Positions 7,401 to 17,135 of a DNA stretch of 28,413 nucleotides are shown here, in pieces. The stretch lies in the IMG/VR virus record IMGVR_UViG_3300037067_011978; one strand, 5' to 3'. The DNA comes from an uncultured virus (IMG/VR IMGVR_UViG_3300037067_011978). Taxonomy: Duplodnaviria; Heunggongvirae; Uroviricota; Caudoviricetes. The stretch's first letter is position 1. Every line of letters begins with the position of its first letter. Below the pieces are notes generated by a model. That model was given only the letters and a program-made list of their open reading frames with translations, was not told where the DNA came from and searched no databases. Both the position numbers and the translations under genes were made by a program.

Positions 7401-10400
7401 CAGACTACCGCCTTAGAAGATATCAATACTGTTTTATTTTGTGTTGCTTTAAATATTCCTGAATATAAAGTTTTACTATCCATGTTTATTTGTAGATTCA
7501 TCATTCCACCCTCGCCATTTGTATTATTTCCATATCTAGATAATAAATTATCTAATTGATCTAATGGAAAAATAACCTCTGGTTGATTTCCTTCACCTAT
7601 TATTGCCCTTGTCCCTCCGGGAGTAGGCATTACGATACCACCAGTAGCTAAAGCCGGTAAGGGCACTGCTGATATCGATGCTATTAATTGGTCATATAAA
7701 TTAATTAATTGATCTAATGGCGAAGGAGTAACAACTCCCTTTACTACACTAGACGCGGCCATAGCTTTTGCTTTTAATTCAGCTTGAGCTAATTTGATAT
7801 TAGCAATGGTTATTTCTCTTTCAAACACTGCCTGGTCATGTAATATTTTTCTTTTAACTTTTGCGGCTTCCTCTTCCGCTAATCTTCTTTGTTCGGCGTA
7901 TTTATCTATTATCTTTTGTTTATCTATTTCTTTTTGTAATTCAGCTTTTTCTTCTACACTAGTTGCCTCAGCTAATTTTTCTTCTAATGTTTGTAATTCA
8001 GTTTTATCAACAAATCCAGCCGCCGCTAATTCAGCTTTTTCGGCTTCATCAATTACTTTTATTTTAGCATCTAATTCAGATTCTAATAGTTTTAATTTTT
8101 CATCTAATATTTGTTTATTGATACTTGCGATTTCATTTGCCATCTCAACTTCTTTGACATGATTTTCCCATTGTTGTTGAGCTAAATCAATTTCATCTTG
8201 TATTTGCTCTTCAATTCTACCTTTTATTTTATCTTCACTTTCTTCTATAGCATCTAAATCATTTTGTATAGATTTTAATACTAACGGGATTAATTTAAGC
8301 AAATTAAGAATACCACTAACAACATCTCCTGATAAAAAATTCATCATCGCATTTAACGTTGTTTCCATTGCCTTAGAACCAGCCATCATAGCTCTATCTA
8401 AATCTTTAATTCCAGTATTTATTTCTAATAATCCACTAATAGTCCCAGTTAAAAGATTAACTCCCATTTCTATTTTTTCATTTTGTAAATCTATTAATTC
8501 ATTTTCTGTTTTTAATAAACTAGCTTCTGCACTTAAAGATAAATTCCTTACTTTATCTCTATCACTTAAAGATTTCTGTATAGATTCTTGTAACATTAAA
8601 ACATCACGTTGTTCTTTTAATATATCTAATGCCTTATCACGAGTCTTTTTTTCATCTTCCGTTAAATTTTTAACATATTCCAAATCTGATATTTTTTCAT
8701 TTAATGTATCTAAATCATCTTTAGAACTATCGACTATCCCTTGAGCATAATCTAATAACTGTTTTTTTACTTCTAATTCTTTTTTACTTGCATCAGTTTT
8801 TTCTTCCGTTAAATCACGTTCGGTTTCTGCAGCCGCTTCTATTAATTTTGCTTGAGCTAATTGTACCTCTAATACTGCTACGGCATCATCACGTAATTTT
8901 GCATCTTCTTTAGATAAATCATTTAATGCTTTATACGAAGCTATTTCTTCCTCAATTTTTTGTATTTCTGTTTTTTGTGAATCAATAATTTCTTGAAACT
9001 TCTTTTTTCTTTCTTCAGCTAAAGTTACTAAACCAACACTATCCTCTACAATTTTATCTGTAGTTTCTTTTGATTTAACTAATGTTTTACTGTTTTTATC
9101 AAAGGTTAAACCTAGCAATCCAGCTTGAGTATTTAAATTTGCTAAACTAAGCGTTATTTTATCGTTTGCTACTTTTACTCTTTCGGCAAATGCACTTTTA
9201 ATATATGAAACATCTTCATCATATATTTTTCTTATTTTGCCCATTTGAATTTGATATTCTTGCGTACCTTTTTCATAAGTATCTGCAATCAAATCCTGTT
9301 GTTTTTGAAATTCAGCTTCTCTATTTATCAATGGGTCATTTAGTTTATCCGCTTCTTTTACTAATTTTACATAATCAGCTATTAATGGTTGTAATGTTTG
9401 AACGCCTTCTAAATAATTTCTTCGTTCCAACATAGGTAACAAATCTTTAATTGAAGTTTTATATACATCTACTTTTCCAGCTAAATCAGGATAAATAGTT
9501 AATAATTTATCGGCTTGTTCTTTTGTTAATTTACCGGAAGCATTATTCTTTTTAGCTGATTCCATTAATTCATCAACTGCGGTTTTATTCTGTTGTAATT
9601 TTCCTATTAATGATTTTGTTTTATCCGTAATTGTATCTAAATGTTTTTGATACGTTTCCATTGGATGAGTAGTTTCATACATTGATCTACTAACAGCAAT
9701 TACTCCAATTGTTAAAGCCGCTAATCCTGCTATTAATAATCCTAATGGAGTAAGCATACTTGAAGCTGATAAAGCTTTTATTGCGGTACTTAATACTCCG
9801 ATAACCTGTATTGTTTTTGATAATCCTAAAAGCAACGGCCCTATACTCGCAACAATTGCCAATATAGTTAATACTATTTGTTTTTGATTTGAATCTAAAG
9901 CGGAAACTTTTTGTGCTAATGAACTAAACCATTTTACAGTTTCTTTTATTTGTGGAATAAAAGCATCAGCAAATGCGCGGCCAGCGGTTAATACATCATC
10001 TTTTAATGTAGATAATAAACCTTCTAATGTTCTAGAAGCCGTATCCATTCCTTTATAAAATCTTCCACCTTCACTTGTAGCATCTTTAAAAGCATCAGTA
10101 ACTTCTTTAGCAGAAATAGCGCCTTTACTCATTCTATCTTTTAATACAGCCATTGATACGCCAGTCTTATCACTAATAACTTTTAATGGATTGAATCCAG
10201 CATTAATCATTTGTAATAAATCTTGACCCATTAATCTTCCAGCAGAAGACATTTGACCAAAGACCAATGCTAAAGAATTAAATTTTTGATTGTTACCTTG
10301 AGAAATATCACCTAACATTTGCAATGTAGGAATTATCTTTTCACCAGTTATTCCAAATTGTAAAAGTGTTTTAGAAGCATTTGCTAAATCGGTAGTTTCA

Positions 10401-10699
10401 AATGGGGTTTTTGCCGCCATTGTTTTTAATTCGGTCATTAAAGCTATGGCTTTATCTGCACTGCCTAACATTGTAGTAAAGGAAGCCTCAAGCATTTCCA
10501 TAGTAGCGGAAGATTTTACAGCGGCAGTTGCCATAGCCAATAATGGAACGGTTACACCTAAAGACAAACCTTTTCCTACCTTATCCATTACCGAAGTAAA
10601 GGAACGGGCTCTAGCTTCTGATGCATCAATAGCTCTATTAAATTCTACGGTGTCGCCAACTATCTTAAAAACTAGATCACCTAGTGTTGCTTGTCCCAT
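7400..10699 (-). CDS. tail tape measure protein (1099 aa)
   Basis: Tape-measure domain motifs (AAKTPFE, GRLMGQDLLQMINAG), TM-like middle, long coiled coil, C-terminal ATGGIV...IIGEGNQPEVIFPL. Confidence 0.95.
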   Translation of the reverse strand: MGQATLGDLVFKIVGDTVEFNRAIDASEARARSFTSVMDKVGKGLSLGVTVPLLAMATAAVKSSATMEMLEASFTTMLGSADKAIALMTELKTMAAKTPFETTDLANASKTLLQFGITGEKIIPTLQMLGDISQGNNQKFNSLALVFGQMSSAGRLMGQDLLQMINAGFNPLKVISDKTGVSMAVLKDRMSKGAISAKEVTDAFKDATSEGGRFYKGMDTASRTLEGLLSTLKDDVLTAGRAFADAFIPQIKETVKWFSSLAQKVSALDSNQKQIVLTILAIVASIGPLLLGLSKTIQVIGVLSTAIKALSASSMLTPLGLLIAGLAALTIGVIAVSRSMYETTHPMETYQKHLDTITDKTKSLIGKLQQNKTAVDELMESAKKNNASGKLTKEQADKLLTIYPDLAGKVDVYKTSIKDLLPMLERRNYLEGVQTLQPLIADYVKLVKEADKLNDPLINREAEFQKQQDLIADTYEKGTQEYQIQMGKIRKIYDEDVSYIKSAFAERVKVANDKITLSLANLNTQAGLLGLTFDKNSKTLVKSKETTDKIVEDSVGLVTLAEERKKKFQEIIDSQKTEIQKIEEEIASYKALNDLSKEDAKLRDDAVAVLEVQLAQAKLIEAAAETERDLTEEKTDASKKELEVKKQLLDYAQGIVDSSKDDLDTLNEKISDLEYVKNLTEDEKKTRDKALDILKEQRDVLMLQESIQKSLSDRDKVRNLSLSAEASLLKTENELIDLQNEKIEMGVNLLTGTISGLLEINTGIKDLDRAMMAGSKAMETTLNAMMNFLSGDVVSGILNLLKLIPLVLKSIQNDLDAIEESEDKIKGRIEEQIQDEIDLAQQQWENHVKEVEMANEIASINKQILDEKLKLLESELDAKIKVIDEAEKAELAAAGFVDKTELQTLEEKLAEATSVEEKAELQKEIDKQKIIDKYAEQRRLAEEEAAKVKRKILHDQAVFEREITIANIKLAQAELKAKAMAASSVVKGVVTPSPLDQLINLYDQLIASISAVPLPALATGGIVMPTPGGTRAIIGEGNQPEVIFPLDQLDNLLSRYGNNTNGEGGMMNLQINMDSKTLYSGIFKATQNKTVLISSKAVV

Positions 10700-10708
10700 T
10701 TTTATTCC

Positions 10709-10975
10709 TTATACATTCCCATACAAACGCCTAAGCTCATCACGCTTTTCCCTTACTTCATCGGCGCTTGCATTTGCTAATGTTGCTTTTCCTTCCCCCT
10801 CTTTAGATTTAGGATATTTAATATCTATTCCTTCATTATGATATAAAATTACTTGGGCATAAGACATATTCCATAATACATATTCTTTCGTTGCCCAAGG
10901 ATACAATAAAGCCATTGTTACTAATAAGCGGCCCAAGTGAACTTTATTATCACCTGAGCCGCTTCTCAGTTTTTT
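10709..10975 (-). CDS. tail assembly chaperone C-terminal extension (gpGT-like), reached by -1 frameshift
   Basis: The -1 frame from A AAA AAC (10975-10969) reads KLRSGSGDNKVHLGRLLV..., in frame with ORF 10709..10936. Confidence 0.8.
   Translation of the reverse strand, partial: KKLRSGSGDNKVHLGRLLVTMALLYPWATKEYVLWNMSYAQVILYHNEGIDIKYPKSKEGEGKATLANASADEVREKRDELRRLYGNV
10926..10975 (-). promoter_or_regulatory. programmed -1 ribosomal frameshift signal (slippery heptamer plus 3' hairpin)
   Basis: A AAA AAC directly before TGA; 4 nt later a 15-bp stem AAGCGGCTCAGGTGA/TCACTTGGGCCGCTT (two G-U pairs) with a 9-nt loop. Confidence 0.85.
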
Positions 10976-11346
10976 GAATATCTATCCGCTCCACTAATCG
11001 CTCGTTGCAATGATCCTTGTAATGATTCAACAAACTTTGACATTTGATAAGCATCTACGTTTTCTCTAAACCACTTTCTATCTAGCTCAGGAAATTTATA
11101 ACTACAAAACGTTACACATAAATCAACAGCTACTTCTAATGCTTCTTTAGTTGTTATTAAATCGTCTTTAATCTTATTAGGATTATTCCCAGCTATTTTA
11201 ACTAATTTATTTAACAAATCATTTACTTCAAACGTAATTGCTAAAGGTATGAAACTGACATCAATTTCTTTTTTACCTAAAATTACAATTTTCTTTTCAG
11301 GTCTGAGAATATCAATGTCAATTATTTCTGTTTTTGCTTCACTCAC
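10966..11346 (-). CDS. tail assembly chaperone (gpG-like)
   Basis: Between major tail and tape measure genes; ends at the slippery site (YSKN*). Confidence 0.85.
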   Translation of the reverse strand: MSEAKTEIIDIDILRPEKKIVILGKKEIDVSFIPLAITFEVNDLLNKLVKIAGNNPNKIKDDLITTKEALEVAVDLCVTFCSYKFPELDRKWFRENVDAYQMSKFVESLQGSLQRAISGADRYSKN

Positions 11347-11349
11347 TTG

Positions 11350-11907
11350 TTAAATATCCCTTGTAATTTTATACAATTGGCTACCGGCAGATTGGGTAGT
11401 ATCAAGTTTTGCGATTAATTGACACGGCATAACGGCAACTGGATCAGCATCATTATCAGATTTAAAATTAAACTCTGGACCTGTAGCTAAGTGTGCTTGA
11501 TAAATTAAAAATACCGTTTGCTTCGTCACACCTGCTATCATCGAAGTATTAGTTATTCTAAATGCACGATCAGTAATAGTTGAATTACCACCGGCATTAA
11601 TAACAGATTGAGTAGATGACGTTGTAGTATCCGCTGAAATAGTTCCACATTGAATTGCAGATATTACAGAGGCATCATATTCAATCATTTCAAAATCACA
11701 AGTTGCACTTTCAGTGGATATACCTTCAATAGGATCAGGGCCATTCCCTGATTGCGAAGTAAACGTTTCGTAAATATGTTTGAAATTAGTTACAATACCA
11801 TTCCCTAAGTTTACGAATGAACCACCTGAAGTTGCGGCGGTTTCAATTTTAGCATTCCCAAGAATTAATTTCGTATTGGTTGCTATTGTATTTTGATAAT
11901 TACCCAT
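11350..11907 (-). CDS. major tail (tube) protein
   Basis: Position, size, Ser/Thr/Gly-rich beta composition, SD AGGAG. Confidence 0.8.
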   Translation of the reverse strand: MGNYQNTIATNTKLILGNAKIETAATSGGSFVNLGNGIVTNFKHIYETFTSQSGNGPDPIEGISTESATCDFEMIEYDASVISAIQCGTISADTTTSSTQSVINAGGNSTITDRAFRITNTSMIAGVTKQTVFLIYQAHLATGPEFNFKSDNDADPVAVMPCQLIAKLDTTQSAGSQLYKITRDI

Positions 11908-11919
11908 TTCATTTCTCCT

Positions 11920-12321
11920 TTATGTTTCTTGATCTGAAAAATAAACAAACCTAATATCAACTGGCGTATTATAAATACCATCATCAGGCTCTGGTATTGT
12001 TCTTAATGGACTATTTAATGACATTCTCGCAACAGTAAAATTATTATTCACTCCATACATTCCCGTTTCACTTGTACCAATAAAAACATGCATAACTTTT
12101 TTTGCTAAACTTTTACTTACCGAAATAGATGATGCTCGACAATTTAAAGAAAAAACTTCTGAATTAATTCCACTATATACATTATCGTCTATAGAAAAAT
12201 AATTAATGGAAGGAACTATTGTACCCCCTGGTCTCAACCCGCTATATATTCTATTGCTAACTATTGCGGTTATCGCCGAAGTGTTATTTAATATCCATCC
12301 AACATTCTGTTCACTTGTCAT
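11920..12321 (-). CDS. tail terminator / completion protein (DUF3168/gp17-like)
   Basis: AITAIVSNRIY...PGGTIVPSINY pattern; position before the major tail gene. Confidence 0.75.
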   Translation of the reverse strand: MTSEQNVGWILNNTSAITAIVSNRIYSGLRPGGTIVPSINYFSIDDNVYSGINSEVFSLNCRASSISVSKSLAKKVMHVFIGTSETGMYGVNNNFTVARMSLNSPLRTIPEPDDGIYNTPVDIRFVYFSDQET

Positions 12322-12458
12322 TTTTTCTTTTTACTCTTTTCTATCTTTTGATATTTAATTTTTCTGTCAATTCCCTCTTTTGATTTCTTATGTACTGTAT
12401 TTGGATTTTTCCAATGTCCATTATGGCCCGGCCTTCTTCCGCTTCCTTTACCTCCCAT
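12318..12458 (-). CDS. small basic protein, MGG-motif family copy 6 (46 aa, MGGKGSGRRPGHNGHWKNP...KSKKKK)
   Basis: Hand-translated; SD AAGGAG; stop overlaps the ATG of the next gene (ATGA). Confidence 0.75.
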   Translation of the reverse strand: MGGKGSGRRPGHNGHWKNPNTVHKKSKEGIDRKIKYQKIEKSKKKK

Positions 12459-12933
12459 TATTCTCTCCTTTATTTGCAATAAAAAATACATCTCTACTAT
12501 TTAGATATTCAGCAAAATAATTCTTACCATTTATTTTTATAATATTCAAAGCGTTTCCTTTTAACATATCCATTGCTGGTCTCATAAAAGCTTGAGCATT
12601 TGTTTTAACAGTCCCGTACTCCATATGTGGTCCATAAAAAACTAATGTACCAACTAAAGCTTCTAATATTCTCGGCTTATCTAATTTTATAAATCCATAT
12701 GGAGTCTTCCCTCCACCTTTTCCATAATTACTTGGATTCCCTAACTCGCTTCCTCTATCATACATTTGATAATTTATAGACGCGGCTAAATGCCCTGAAT
12801 CTCTTGGTGCTAATAAAACTGCATTACTTACCGCCGAAATTGCTAATTGTTCTACAGAAGCATTAGTCATTTCTGAACAAATACTTTTTACTTCATTCCC
12901 TCGCCATGTCATTTTAGTTTCAATTTTTATCAT
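12448..12933 (-). CDS. HK97 gp10-like neck/tail-completion protein
   Basis: APRDSGHLAASI and YGPHMEYGT...AQAFMRPA motifs. Confidence 0.9.
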   Translation of the reverse strand: MIKIETKMTWRGNEVKSICSEMTNASVEQLAISAVSNAVLLAPRDSGHLAASINYQMYDRGSELGNPSNYGKGGGKTPYGFIKLDKPRILEALVGTLVFYGPHMEYGTVKTNAQAFMRPAMDMLKGNALNIIKINGKNYFAEYLNSRDVFFIANKGENNGR

Positions 12934-13286
12934 GATATTCTTTCTAACCCTTGGGTAACAATTTCATTTAATTCTAGATAATTGTTTTGAAATCCAGAAA
13001 TATTATATGTTTCATTTTTATAACTAATGGTTTCCAAAACTGTTCCGCCACTAGCATCAGGCGAATTAAAATTATATGCACCATATTCAAAACATAATAT
13101 ATGTGTACTTGATAATGCATATTTATCAGAAATAAAACGATTTGATCCATTATTTTGCCATAATGCACATAAAGGAATAATAGTAGTTGAAGTCGTGCTC
13201 GAAAAACCACCCATGCCGTCATTGGTATCAATTCTTCTATTAATCGTAACGGCATTTTTTAAATTTAAACAATCTTTAAAAGCCAT
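12930..13286 (-). CDS. head-tail adaptor / head closure protein (SPP1 gp16-like)
   Basis: VTINRR..TNDGMGG motif; position. Confidence 0.75.
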   Translation of the reverse strand: MAFKDCLNLKNAVTINRRIDTNDGMGGFSSTTSTTIIPLCALWQNNGSNRFISDKYALSSTHILCFEYGAYNFNSPDASGGTVLETISYKNETYNISGFQNNYLELNEIVTQGLERIS

Positions 13287-13897
13287 CAGTTAAGCCTACA
13301 TAATCTATAAGGAATTAATTTGTCTAATATCGAAGTTGGATAACCAAAATTATCATTATCTACAGTGTAACTTTCTGACCATGGGCCTAATGATTTTGAC
13401 TTAATTCCTGGACCAACTTTTCCAATTCCAGTACTTGATCTAACTTCATAATCAAAATATGCCATTTCATAAGCGGCCATTTTTACATCTAAAGGCCAAT
13501 TCGCTAATGAAAATAAAATAATAGGGCCATCAGAATTATTAAAATCCTCTTTTATTACCGTCGCACTAGAAGCTATTATTGCAGTATTATCTGATAAACT
13601 ATATATTGATTTATATCCTTCATTTCTATAACTATTATATATAAATATTGGATCGCTTGCTTGAAATCCATAATCTTCCCAATGTTCAGAAGATGAATTT
13701 AAAACTATAGAATTATTACTTGGATAAAATTTACATGTTGATTCTAAAATAATACTATCAGAAACAAAATAATTATTTGTTATTATAGGTATTCTTGCTT
13801 CAATAGTATCTAATAGTTTTTTAGTTATAATAGTTCCTGTCGTTGCCGTTATTGAGGAATATATCGTACATTCTGTAGCCGAAAGTATTATGCTCAC
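13286..13897 (-). CDS. head-tail connector protein (gp6/gp15-like)
   Basis: PLDVKMAAYEM...GIKSKSLGPWSESY...LIPYR motif; GTG start abutting the previous stop. Confidence 0.8.
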   Translation of the reverse strand: MSIILSATECTIYSSITATTGTIITKKLLDTIEARIPIITNNYFVSDSIILESTCKFYPSNNSIVLNSSSEHWEDYGFQASDPIFIYNSYRNEGYKSIYSLSDNTAIIASSATVIKEDFNNSDGPIILFSLANWPLDVKMAAYEMAYFDYEVRSSTGIGKVGPGIKSKSLGPWSESYTVDNDNFGYPTSILDKLIPYRLCRLN

Positions 13898-14431
13898 TTA
13901 CCAATCCTGTTCATAAAATGATGTTCTAATAACAGTTCTTGTTGAAGCATTATCGGCGACAAACCGCAATAGATATTTAGTATTAGGAGCTAATATAGCT
14001 TCATTAACTTCGCCTGCAACATTTCCTACATTTGCTTTATTTGTTCCGGTGCTTCCCATTAAATAATATCTTAAAATCGTTCCTGAACTTGTATATGTTC
14101 CATTAACTACCGTTAAAGCACAAGCAACATTAGTACTAGTCGCATCATTATTATATTCAGTAATTACCGATGAACTAGAAGTAGTAGCATTTGGATTTAC
14201 AGAAAAATAAGCCATACCAGAATTATCAGTAGCTATTTCACCTACCATATGAACTTTCTTTCCGCCAGTTGTCATTAAAATATTTATAGCAGAAGCCGCT
14301 CCTATTTTTTCATAATAAGAAGTAAAAAAATGATGCCCTTCGTGAATCTCATGATGGATAATGTCAATTGTAGGAATGCTTCCTGAATCATCTAAAGGAT
14401 TATTTATTGTAAAGGATTTTGTTACACCCAT
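13898..14431 (-). CDS. hypothetical virion-associated protein (177 aa)
   Basis: In the head cluster; HHEIHEGHHF and ILAPNTKYLLRF segments; function not recognised. Confidence 0.6.
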   Translation of the reverse strand: MGVTKSFTINNPLDDSGSIPTIDIIHHEIHEGHHFFTSYYEKIGAASAINILMTTGGKKVHMVGEIATDNSGMAYFSVNPNATTSSSSVITEYNNDATSTNVACALTVVNGTYTSSGTILRYYLMGSTGTNKANVGNVAGEVNEAILAPNTKYLLRFVADNASTRTVIRTSFYEQDW

Positions 14432-14449
14432 ATTTTATTCCTTTTTAAT

Positions 14450-14507
14450 TAAATTAAAGGGAAGAGAATTTTTATTTTTACATAAAGTTAGATTCATTCT
14501 CTTCCCT
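14450..14507 (-). terminator. terminator-like hairpin after capsid and decoration genes
   Basis: 12-bp inverted repeat AGGGAAGAGAAT (14458-14469)/ATTCTCTTCCCT (14496-14507) with a 26-nt loop and a U-rich tail on the minus strand. Confidence 0.55.
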
Positions 14508-14524
14508 CTTTTTTTAATTATCTA

Positions 14525-14914
14525 TCATTCCCAACTATTCGGTAAAATAGTTGCCGTCCATGTAGTAGGACCAGTTCCGGTTTGAGTAAATACTAAAGCA
14601 TTGTCATCTGTTAAGAACCTTGCGGATTCTAAACCTTGCCCACCTATAATTACAGTGGACTCCGTTGCGATGGTAATTGATTTAGCGCCTTGACCCTTAT
14701 CAGAATAATCATCAGCGGCGGCAAGTGAAAGCACAACAGATTCGGTAGAGTTTGCGTTAGCTACGGTAATAACTAATCGTTCAGGTTTTAAAATACTTTG
14801 CGCCGTAGTAGCAGTAATGGTCATAGTTTCGCTAGACGCAATAGTTCCAGAAGCCGCAGTAATAGCAACACCAGTTAAAACAGGCGTAGTAGGTTTTAAA
14901 GTTCCATTAGCCAT
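14525..14914 (-). CDS. putative capsid decoration/cement protein (129 aa)
   Basis: Immediately after the capsid gene; SD AGGAGG; Thr/Ala-rich beta composition. Confidence 0.6.
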   Translation of the reverse strand: MANGTLKPTTPVLTGVAITAASGTIASSETMTITATTAQSILKPERLVITVANANSTESVVLSLAAADDYSDKGQGAKSITIATESTVIIGGQGLESARFLTDDNALVFTQTGTGPTTWTATILPNSWE

Positions 14915-14932
14915 ATTATTGTCCTCCTAACC

Positions 14933-15802
14933 TTAGCTCGCAGCTTCGGCAAGATATAAAGTGAATAAAGCCTCAGACTGAACAGCCTTAGCACCATATA
15001 CATATAAACCGCGAGCCGCATTAGCAAAAGTGGTTTGGAGACGAAGGGCTTCGATGGTATTTACCTGACCAACATACGCAATCGCTTTTCCACCACCACA
15101 CATAATACGATACTGAGTACCGTCATTAGAAACGTTATTTGATTCAAAAATATCAAAACCAAAAGCCTTAGTAACGAAACCATTAAGTAATTCACGATCA
15201 GTAGGAACTTTGGGAACTGCGTTGTAAGCAATTCCGCCAACTTCAGCAAGGGTCAATTTCTGAGTAACCCACGGAGGGACTACAATCCAGCGCCCAGGCT
15301 TAGGCACATTCGCTTCATCAAGACGCCTTGAGGCATAAGATAAAGTTTCAATGACATTGCCAGAGCTTACAGAAAGTGAAGTTCCACTAACCCCAGTGGT
15401 AGTAGATGTTCCCCCAGCAACACCTGCTTGAGCATAAAGACCAGCAATAAATTGATCGACGGTATCACCAATCGCATAAGCTGCCTCTTCCATTGCCCCA
15501 TCCATGAGCTTAGGATTGCTCTGGGCATTATTAACATCATCAATTTTAAAATGGAACTCGGTAGCTTGGTCGACAAGAAGGGTTTTCTGTGCCGAGTCAA
15601 GTTCGGAATACGTTAACGTTGCACCCTTAGTATAAGCAGTGGCGGTAACGGGGCCAAGTTCATTGATATGAATCTGATCACCATAATTAAGTAACTCACC
15701 TTCATATTCGCGATTGGTAATATTACCAAACACGAATGATTTCCTAAGCCTAGTATAAAGCCTCGCGCTCCATAACTCAGGAATAAAATTTTCTACTCCC
15801 AT
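14933..15802 (-). CDS. major capsid protein (HK97 fold, P22-coat-like family)
   Basis: FIPELWSARL...NREYEGE...GDQIHI, LDEANVPKPGRWIVVPP, RGLYVYGAK motifs. Confidence 0.95.
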   Translation of the reverse strand: MGVENFIPELWSARLYTRLRKSFVFGNITNREYEGELLNYGDQIHINELGPVTATAYTKGATLTYSELDSAQKTLLVDQATEFHFKIDDVNNAQSNPKLMDGAMEEAAYAIGDTVDQFIAGLYAQAGVAGGTSTTTGVSGTSLSVSSGNVIETLSYASRRLDEANVPKPGRWIVVPPWVTQKLTLAEVGGIAYNAVPKVPTDRELLNGFVTKAFGFDIFESNNVSNDGTQYRIMCGGGKAIAYVGQVNTIEALRLQTTFANAARGLYVYGAKAVQSEALFTLYLAEAAS

Positions 15803-15822
15803 ACTATTTCTCCTTTAATTTA

Positions 15823-16512
15823 TTAACCAACCACGAGATTATCTATCTCGCCGGTTTCTGCCATTCTATTTTGTTCAGCACGTGGTAATTTTTGAAATTG
15901 GCTAAACGTCATTTTTGAATTATCTTTATTTTCAGGAACTTGTGGTTTATAAGCAGTTGAAGCAACGAAATCATTAATAGCCTTTTTTGCTATATCATCT
16001 TTTAGTTTCGTAAATACTCCAGCGGCACTTTTAAAATGGTCTACAGAAGGGAAAGGAAAATTTTCAACTAATTCTTTAGGCACATTAAGGTCATTTGCAG
16101 TCATTAAAATTGCGTTACGAAGTTCTTTCGCTTCCATGTCCTTTTGCATCTTTTCCATGTTGTTGGTGACTTCGCGCAATAGCCTTTGTTCCTCAGTTTC
16201 TTCAGGATGTAATTTCCTAATACCTTCATTCACCCCAGCCTTAATTCTAGCTTCAATAACCGATGCTTGTTTTTCATCATGCGTTTTAATAGCCTGAGTA
16301 GCATAACGATCAAGCTTAGGTTGTAAAACAAATTTACCTTCAGGAGTTTCCAAATACGCATTAACAGTTTCAGTATTCAAATCTTTTTCCACGGCAAACG
16401 TAGCAACGTATTCTGATACATCTGGCCGTTCCTTATTAGATTCGATAAATGCCTTAACCTGTTCAATGGTAATTATCTTCTCTTCACTTTCTAATACCGT
16501 TTCCATTCCCAT
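15823..16512 (-). CDS. capsid scaffolding protein (DUF4355-like)
   Basis: Charged helical protein before the capsid gene; HPEETEEQR segment. Confidence 0.8.
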   Translation of the reverse strand: MGMETVLESEEKIITIEQVKAFIESNKERPDVSEYVATFAVEKDLNTETVNAYLETPEGKFVLQPKLDRYATQAIKTHDEKQASVIEARIKAGVNEGIRKLHPEETEEQRLLREVTNNMEKMQKDMEAKELRNAILMTANDLNVPKELVENFPFPSVDHFKSAAGVFTKLKDDIAKKAINDFVASTAYKPQVPENKDNSKMTFSQFQKLPRAEQNRMAETGEIDNLVVG

Positions 16513-16844
16513 TATCTTTTCTCCTTAGATTTTTTGGCGGATTTCTTTACAGACTTCTTAACCAAATTCTTAGTAGATTTTTCTACCTTATTATTTTTAT
16601 CGGTTATTAATTTCTTAGGCCGTCCCCGTCCTCGTTTTTCAATAACCGTTACATTGGGGGAATTAACCGAAACATTTTTTTGAATTACATTTTCTTTTAC
16701 TTTTACAATTCCCTTAACCGGGAAATTTTTCGGTTGTGGAACTTGGATTTTATTTACAGTAGGTTCAACAGTATTCCCTCTATTGTGCAAGGACTCCTGT
16801 CTATTCTCCCGCGCATCCAATCTCCGTTGCCTAGCTCGATTCAT
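16512..16844 (-). CDS. highly basic protein with AT-hook-like motif (110 aa)
   Basis: KRGRGRPKK and Lys-rich tail; SD AAGGAG; TAATG coupling to the scaffold gene. Confidence 0.75.
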   Translation of the reverse strand: MNRARQRRLDARENRQESLHNRGNTVEPTVNKIQVPQPKNFPVKGIVKVKENVIQKNVSVNSPNVTVIEKRGRGRPKKLITDKNNKVEKSTKNLVKKSVKKSAKKSKEKR

Positions 16845-16881
16845 TTTCTGATGGTCTCCTTTTCTAAATCATTTAGATAAT

Positions 16882-16937
16882 AAAAAAGGCGGCTAGAAAC
16901 CTATTTCTAGGAATCTTAGCCGCCTACCGTTTTCGGT
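16882..16937 (-). terminator. structured leader with intrinsic terminator upstream of the capsid operon
   Basis: Minus strand: ACCG-AAAA-CGGT hairpin, then AGGCGGCTA...CCTA-GAAA-TAGG...TAGCCGCCT followed by a T run. Confidence 0.75.
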
Positions 16938-16960
16938 TTGACGCTTAATTTAACTTACAT

Positions 16961-16990
16961 TAAGTATTATATAACATATATACAAAAAAA
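16961..16990 (-). promoter_or_regulatory. putative late promoter (-10 TATAAT at 16971-16966)
   Basis: TATATAATACTTA, identical to the 13-mer at 25985-25997; intergenic. Confidence 0.6.
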
Positions 16991-17080
16991 ACTAGTGGCT
17001 AATTCAATAGCTCATATATCCTTTTTAGATTGCCTTCCCAATAATACTTTCTATATTACTTTCACTAAAAATAGGAAACT

Positions 17081-17131
17081 TTACTTGAGTAAATAATTTA
17101 ATACTTGTTGTTCTAACTTGGATAGATTCAT
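17081..17131 (-). pseudogene. 16-codon duplicate of the 5' end of the MuF/gp7 gene (MNLSKLEQQVLNYLLK*)
   Basis: 43/48 nt identical to 20155-20202 (MQLSKLEQQALNYLLK). Confidence 0.8.
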
Positions 17132-17135
17132 ATTA

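Noticed and set aside
7770..8045. Short repeated TAATTCAGCTT stretches in the tape measure gene
   Set aside because: They reflect recurring AEL codons in a coiled coil, which is ordinary for tape measure proteins.
7794..8162. Plus-strand ORFs antisense to structural genes (also 1369-1713, 4877-5110, 6101-6367, 9205-9435, 10446-10841, 20767-21093, 25326-25643 and similar)
   Set aside because: Shadow frames of well-supported minus-strand genes with no recognisable motifs.
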